Of a stretch of DNA of 64,000 nucleotides, positions 60,476 through 64,000 are shown piece by piece; positions within the stretch are counted from its first letter, which is position 1; each line of letters begins with the position of its first letter. This stretch comes from an uncultured Myxococcales bacterium (lineage in GTDB: Bacteria > Myxococcota > UBA727 > JABDBI01), in NCBI GenBank assembly GCA_964368985.1, contig CAYJDW010000005.1:1513-65512 (forward strand), written 5' to 3'. The translations under genes and the position numbers were made by a program. Under the pieces are notes generated by a model. The model was not told the DNA's origin and made no database searches. It saw only the letters and a list, made by a program, of their open reading frames with translations.

Positions 60476-61879
60476 ATGACCATTACATTTAATGATCTTA
60501 CTCCGCCTAAAAATGGCGAAGCTATGACATCGGTTAACGGCAAACTCAATGTCCCTCATCATCCCATTGTTCCCTTCATTGAAGGCGATGGCACGGGTCC
60601 AGATATATGGCGTGCGAGTAGGCAGGTTTTTGATTTTGCGGTCAAGAAGGCATACCAAGGCAAGCGCGAAATAACTTGGTTTGAAGTATTTGCCGGCGAG
60701 AAAGCTTTTAGACGTTTTAATAATTGGCTCCCTGATGATACGCTCACGGCATTTAAAAACTATTTAGTGGGTATCAAAGGCCCTCTCACCACGCCGGTGG
60801 GCGGGGGGATTCGATCATTAAATGTGGCGCTGAGGCAAATGCTCGATCTTTATGTTTGCTTGCGCCCCGTGTGCTGGTTTGAAGGTGTGCCCTCGCCTGT
60901 GAAATCACCTGAATCGGTGGACATGGTAATATTTCGCGAAAATAGCGAGGATATTTACGCTGGCATCGAGTTTAAAGCCGAAAGCCCCGAAGCTGAACAA
61001 ATTATTAAATTTTTAAGCGATACGATGAAGGTCAATAAAATTCGCTTCCCAAATAGTAGCGGTATCGGCATCAAACCCGTCTCTCGTGAAGGCAGCGAGC
61101 GGCTCATGAAAGCCGCCATCGAATATGCTTTAAAAGAAAATCGTAAAAGTCTCACCATTGTCCATAAGGGCAATATCATGAAGTTTACCGAGGGCGCCTT
61201 TAGAGATTGGTGCTATGCCTTGGCCTTGAAACAATTTCGCGATCAGGTGGTGAGCGAGAGAGAAAGTTGGATTTTAGGCAATAAAGATCAAGACTCTAAG
61301 CTTTCCGTCGAAGATAATGCCAAAGCCATTGAGCCGGGTTTCGATCTCATGACTTCTGAGCAACAAAAAAAGATTATCGATGAGGTTAAGCACACTATCG
61401 ATACAATTTATTCTAGCCATGGCGACGGACGCTGGCAGAAAAAATTGCTTATCAAAGATGCCATTGCTGACATTGCGCTACAACAAGTACTTACGCGTCC
61501 CAAAGATTTCGACGTGATTGCCACACTTAATCTTAATGGAGATTATCTAAGCGACGCGCTCGCCGCTCAGGTTGGCGGCATTGGCATTGCTCCTGGGGGC
61601 AATATTAATTACGCAACCGGCCATGCCATTTTCGAAGCCACGCATGGCACTGCTCCGAAATATGCCAATCTCGATAAGGTAAATCCTGGATCGGTTATTT
61701 TGTCAGGAGAAATGATGCTGCGTTATATGGGTTGGCACGAAGCCGCGGATTTAATTATCAAGGGTATGAATGGCGCAATCGCCAAACAACAAGTGACTTA
61801 TGATTTTCATCGCATGATGCCGGGGGCAACTTTGCTCAAGTGTTCGGAGTTTGGGAAGGCTTTGTGTGAGAATATGTAG
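60476..61879 (+). CDS. icd: Isocitrate dehydrogenase (NADP), homodimeric type
   Basis: Near-collinear with E. coli Icd ([65 protein letters not shown]). It has about 45 extra residues in the clasp region. Confidence 0.9.
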   Translation: MTITFNDLTPPKNGEAMTSVNGKLNVPHHPIVPFIEGDGTGPDIWRASRQVFDFAVKKAYQGKREITWFEVFAGEKAFRRFNNWLPDDTLTAFKNYLVGIKGPLTTPVGGGIRSLNVALRQMLDLYVCLRPVCWFEGVPSPVKSPESVDMVIFRENSEDIYAGIEFKAESPEAEQIIKFLSDTMKVNKIRFPNSSGIGIKPVSREGSERLMKAAIEYALKENRKSLTIVHKGNIMKFTEGAFRDWCYALALKQFRDQVVSERESWILGNKDQDSKLSVEDNAKAIEPGFDLMTSEQQKKIIDEVKHTIDTIYSSHGDGRWQKKLLIKDAIADIALQQVLTRPKDFDVIATLNLNGDYLSDALAAQVGGIGIAPGGNINYATGHAIFEATHGTAPKYANLDKVNPGSVILSGEMMLRYMGWHEAADLIIKGMNGAIAKQQVTYDFHRMMPGATLLKCSEFGKALCENM

Positions 61880-61941
61880 GGTTTAGCGTAGCTCGCCAAC
61901 TCCCAAGACGCTTCAAAACCGCGGACTCCCTTCGCTACCCT

Positions 61942-62080
61942 GTCATCCTCGGGCTTGACCCTGAAGGATCCCCACAAAATTTTTAATCAAACAGATACAG
62001 GCCAAAGCAAGTCTTGAAGATAACTTTGGCTAGTATCTGTTTGATTAAAAATTTTGTGGGGCTCCTTCAGGGTCAAGCCC
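61942..62080. repeat. Large nested palindrome (family with 25465-25548) between convergent icd and mltG
   Basis: Outer arms GGGCTTGACCCTGAAGGA / TCCTTCAGGGTCAAGCCC. Inner ~29-bp arms CCCCACAAAATTTTTAATCAAACAGATAC / GTATCTGTTTGATTAAAAATTTTGTGGGG. Central GCCAAAG...CTTTGGC. Confidence 0.8.
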
Positions 62081-63178
62081 CTACTTCTTCGCCGTATTCT
62101 TAAAATAATCGATCTGCCATTTTTTAACCGCCTGGTTATGGCATGCAATGTTCGCACAAAATTCATGGCTGCCATCATTCTTCGAAACAAAATACAAATA
62201 AGAACTCGCCTCGGGCCAAAGCACCGCTTTAATGGCCATGATACTTGGCGCCGCGATTGGTCCTGGCGGCAGACCTGCTATTTTGTAAGTGTTGTACGGA
62301 TGGGGAGTGAGTAAATCAATTTTGCGAATTTTGCCTTCATAATTTTTCATGCCATAAATGACGGTGGGGTCAGCCTGTAAACGCATTCCGATTTTTAAGC
62401 GGTTTAAATAAACGCTCGCAATAATTGGTCTTTCGCTTTCAGCACCACTTTCCTTTTCAACGATAGCCGCAAGGGTCAAAACTTGATGCAAAGTCATGCC
62501 CAATTCTTTCATGCGCAGCCTTATTGGCTCATCTAACTTGTTGAGCAAATGCCGATGCATGATGGAAATAATCGTTTTGGCTGAATCTTTTTTCGTGAAA
62601 AAATAAGTATCCGGAAACAAATAGCCTTCAATACCACCTACATCATTTTCAAGCTCTTTCCTCGCTTCAACTTGAGGAGCGTTAATCAAAGTAAGAACGT
62701 CGCTACTAGTCATGGCGCTAATGAAATCAGCTTTAGTTAATACCCCTTGGGCCTCGAGAGTTCTCACCAGATCCACCAAGGTCTCGCCTTCTTTAAAAAT
62801 GATTTTCGATGCTCGATCGCGGCCATTTTTGAGACTCTCAGCCAGCTGGGCATAGGTATAAATCCCATCAAATTGATAATAGCCTGCTTGGATTCTATGC
62901 GCGTCTTGTCGAGCTAAACGGACATACCAGTAAAATATTTTGTCATTCCAAACAATGTTATTTTCAAATAATAATTTCGCGACGCTTTTCAAAGACGAGC
63001 CATAAGGAATTTCCACTACCACTTGCGATAATGAAACGGTCTCCTTTGCCACCGAGGAAAAATACCCTCGCACGAGCATGGCTAAGAGGCCCAAGCCCAG
63101 GGTGGCCACGATCAGCAATATCCCAAATATCCGAAGGAACTTTTTAAGCATGCTCACGTCGCTTTTTTTAGTTGGCAT
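62081..63178 (-). CDS. mltG: Endolytic murein transglycosylase MltG (YceG family)
   Basis: N-terminal TM helix. AAIVEKESGAESERPIIASVYLNRLKIGMRLQADPTVIYGM matches the YceG core. Confidence 0.85.
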   Translation of the reverse strand: MPTKKSDVSMLKKFLRIFGILLIVATLGLGLLAMLVRGYFSSVAKETVSLSQVVVEIPYGSSLKSVAKLLFENNIVWNDKIFYWYVRLARQDAHRIQAGYYQFDGIYTYAQLAESLKNGRDRASKIIFKEGETLVDLVRTLEAQGVLTKADFISAMTSSDVLTLINAPQVEARKELENDVGGIEGYLFPDTYFFTKKDSAKTIISIMHRHLLNKLDEPIRLRMKELGMTLHQVLTLAAIVEKESGAESERPIIASVYLNRLKIGMRLQADPTVIYGMKNYEGKIRKIDLLTPHPYNTYKIAGLPPGPIAAPSIMAIKAVLWPEASSYLYFVSKNDGSHEFCANIACHNQAVKKWQIDYFKNTAKK

Positions 63179-63588
63179 AGATATTCTTCCACCAAGACCG
63201 CGGCCGACGCCGCATCCAGCTTTTGTTGCCGATCTTTTTTCTTCATACCGCTTTGAGCAAGCTGTTCCGCGGCTTTTTTCGATGAATAGCTTTCATCCCA
63301 CATGACAACACTTACCTGATAATTATTATCGCTTATCACTCTTAAAAGTTCTTCTTTTAAGCCTTTAGCGCGGGAAGCAACTGCCCTGCTGTATTCCGAT
63401 TGCCCTTCGGGCTCACCAATAACAATCACCTCGACTTTTTCATTGGTGACCAAAGTCATAATTCGCTCCACGGCCAGAGCGCGGCTATGGGCTACCAGAT
63501 TTGGCAACATGCGGACACTAAGGCCTAACTCATCGCTTATCGCCATGCCAGTTCGTTTTATGCCAATATCAATTCCTAAGATTTTCAT
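63154..63588 (-). CDS. ruvX: Holliday-junction resolvase-like RuvX/YqgF
   Basis: MKILGIDIGIKRTGMAISDELG...VIGEP. Confidence 0.85.
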   Translation of the reverse strand: MKILGIDIGIKRTGMAISDELGLSVRMLPNLVAHSRALAVERIMTLVTNEKVEVIVIGEPEGQSEYSRAVASRAKGLKEELLRVISDNNYQVSVVMWDESYSSKKAAEQLAQSGMKKKDRQQKLDAASAAVLVEEYLCQLKKAT

Positions 63589-63592
63589 TTAA

Positions 63593-64000
63593 TTATTCCT
63601 GGTTATAGTCACTCAACATCTGTGTCATCAAAGAGCTTTCCGAATTTTTTGCTAAAAATAATAGCCTGCTGTCGATAGCAATAAAAGCATCCTTCAATCG
63701 CCGAATGAGCTTTTGTTGATACTTATATTCTTCCTCAAACAAGAACAGCAATTTTTCCAAATGCCCATTGTCCTGTTCACGAAAGGCGCGGCGTTCTTTG
63801 GCAAGATTTTTGCCTGGCTCAAAGAGAACTTGATTAATGACCAACTGATTGATGTGAATAGATCGTTTCTTTAATGCTGCCTGTAAATCAATAGAATCCC
63901 TCACGTTATCCACCGTCGGGCGGCTAATAAGGACGAAATGGGTGTGGGGATTTTTAAGCATAGCATCCATCGCTCGTGCACGCTCGAGCATGGGTTCATA
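63593..64000 (-). CDS. Hypothetical protein. The 5' end probably lies beyond the window edge.
   Basis: The frame stays open through the last codons of the window (…YEP-MLERARAM…). No recognisable motif. Confidence 0.35.
   Translation of the reverse strand, partial: YEPMLERARAMDAMLKNPHTHFVLISRPTVDNVRDSIDLQAALKKRSIHINQLVINQVLFEPGKNLAKERRAFREQDNGHLEKLLFLFEEEYKYQQKLIRRLKDAFIAIDSRLLFLAKNSESSLMTQMLSDYNQE

Noticed and set aside
60371-60658. Minus-strand 95-aa ORF spanning the DUF155/icd junction
   Set aside because: It overlaps the icd start and its Shine-Dalgarno region and has no motif, so it is a likely spurious ORF.
62054-62314. Plus-strand ORF starting in the icd/mltG palindrome
   Set aside because: It lies across the palindrome and is antisense to the conserved mltG 3' end.

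Overview
The window is a 64-kb chromosomal segment from a Gram-negative, probably proteobacterial genome. Conserved housekeeping blocks alternate with visibly AT-rich stretches that carry orphan secreted-protein genes.

Housekeeping content:
- A truncated S41 tail-specific protease running off the 5' edge (1..3088, -).
- An MCE/ABC ATPase pair, sspB, rpoZ and tmRNA (ssrA).
- The thrS-infC-rpmI-rplT-pheS-pheT translation block, with ihfA and a tRNA-Val nearby.
- guaB, mdh, a type-B sdhCAB operon, icd, mltG and ruvX.
- Two mevalonate-pathway genes, mevalonate kinase and class II HMG-CoA reductase.

Accessory content:
- Many signal-peptide or lipoprotein ORFs with no recognisable family.
- Several secreted hydrolases: a subtilisin-like protein, S9 peptidases, lipase-like alpha/beta-hydrolases and a succinylglutamate desuccinylase/aspartoacylase-family deacylase.
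- A lipoprotein-anchored chloramphenicol-phosphotransferase-like kinase and a secreted SAM methyltransferase.
- An 896-aa ankyrin-repeat protein and a VKOR-thioredoxin fusion.
- Several decayed genes.

I found no IS element, integrase, phage gene or CRISPR array. Mobile-looking structure is instead at small scale:
- At least four families of intergenic palindromic (MITE/REP-like) elements.
- A 2.5-kb cassette bracketed by 42-bp direct repeats.

The most interesting candidates:
- The repeat-flanked protease/ATPase-remnant cassette.
- The VKOR-Trx gene wedged between mevalonate kinase and HMG-CoA reductase.
- A ~8-kb cluster of exported enzymes between guaB and mdh.
- Lineage-specific insertions and deletions in ThrRS, PheT and Icd.
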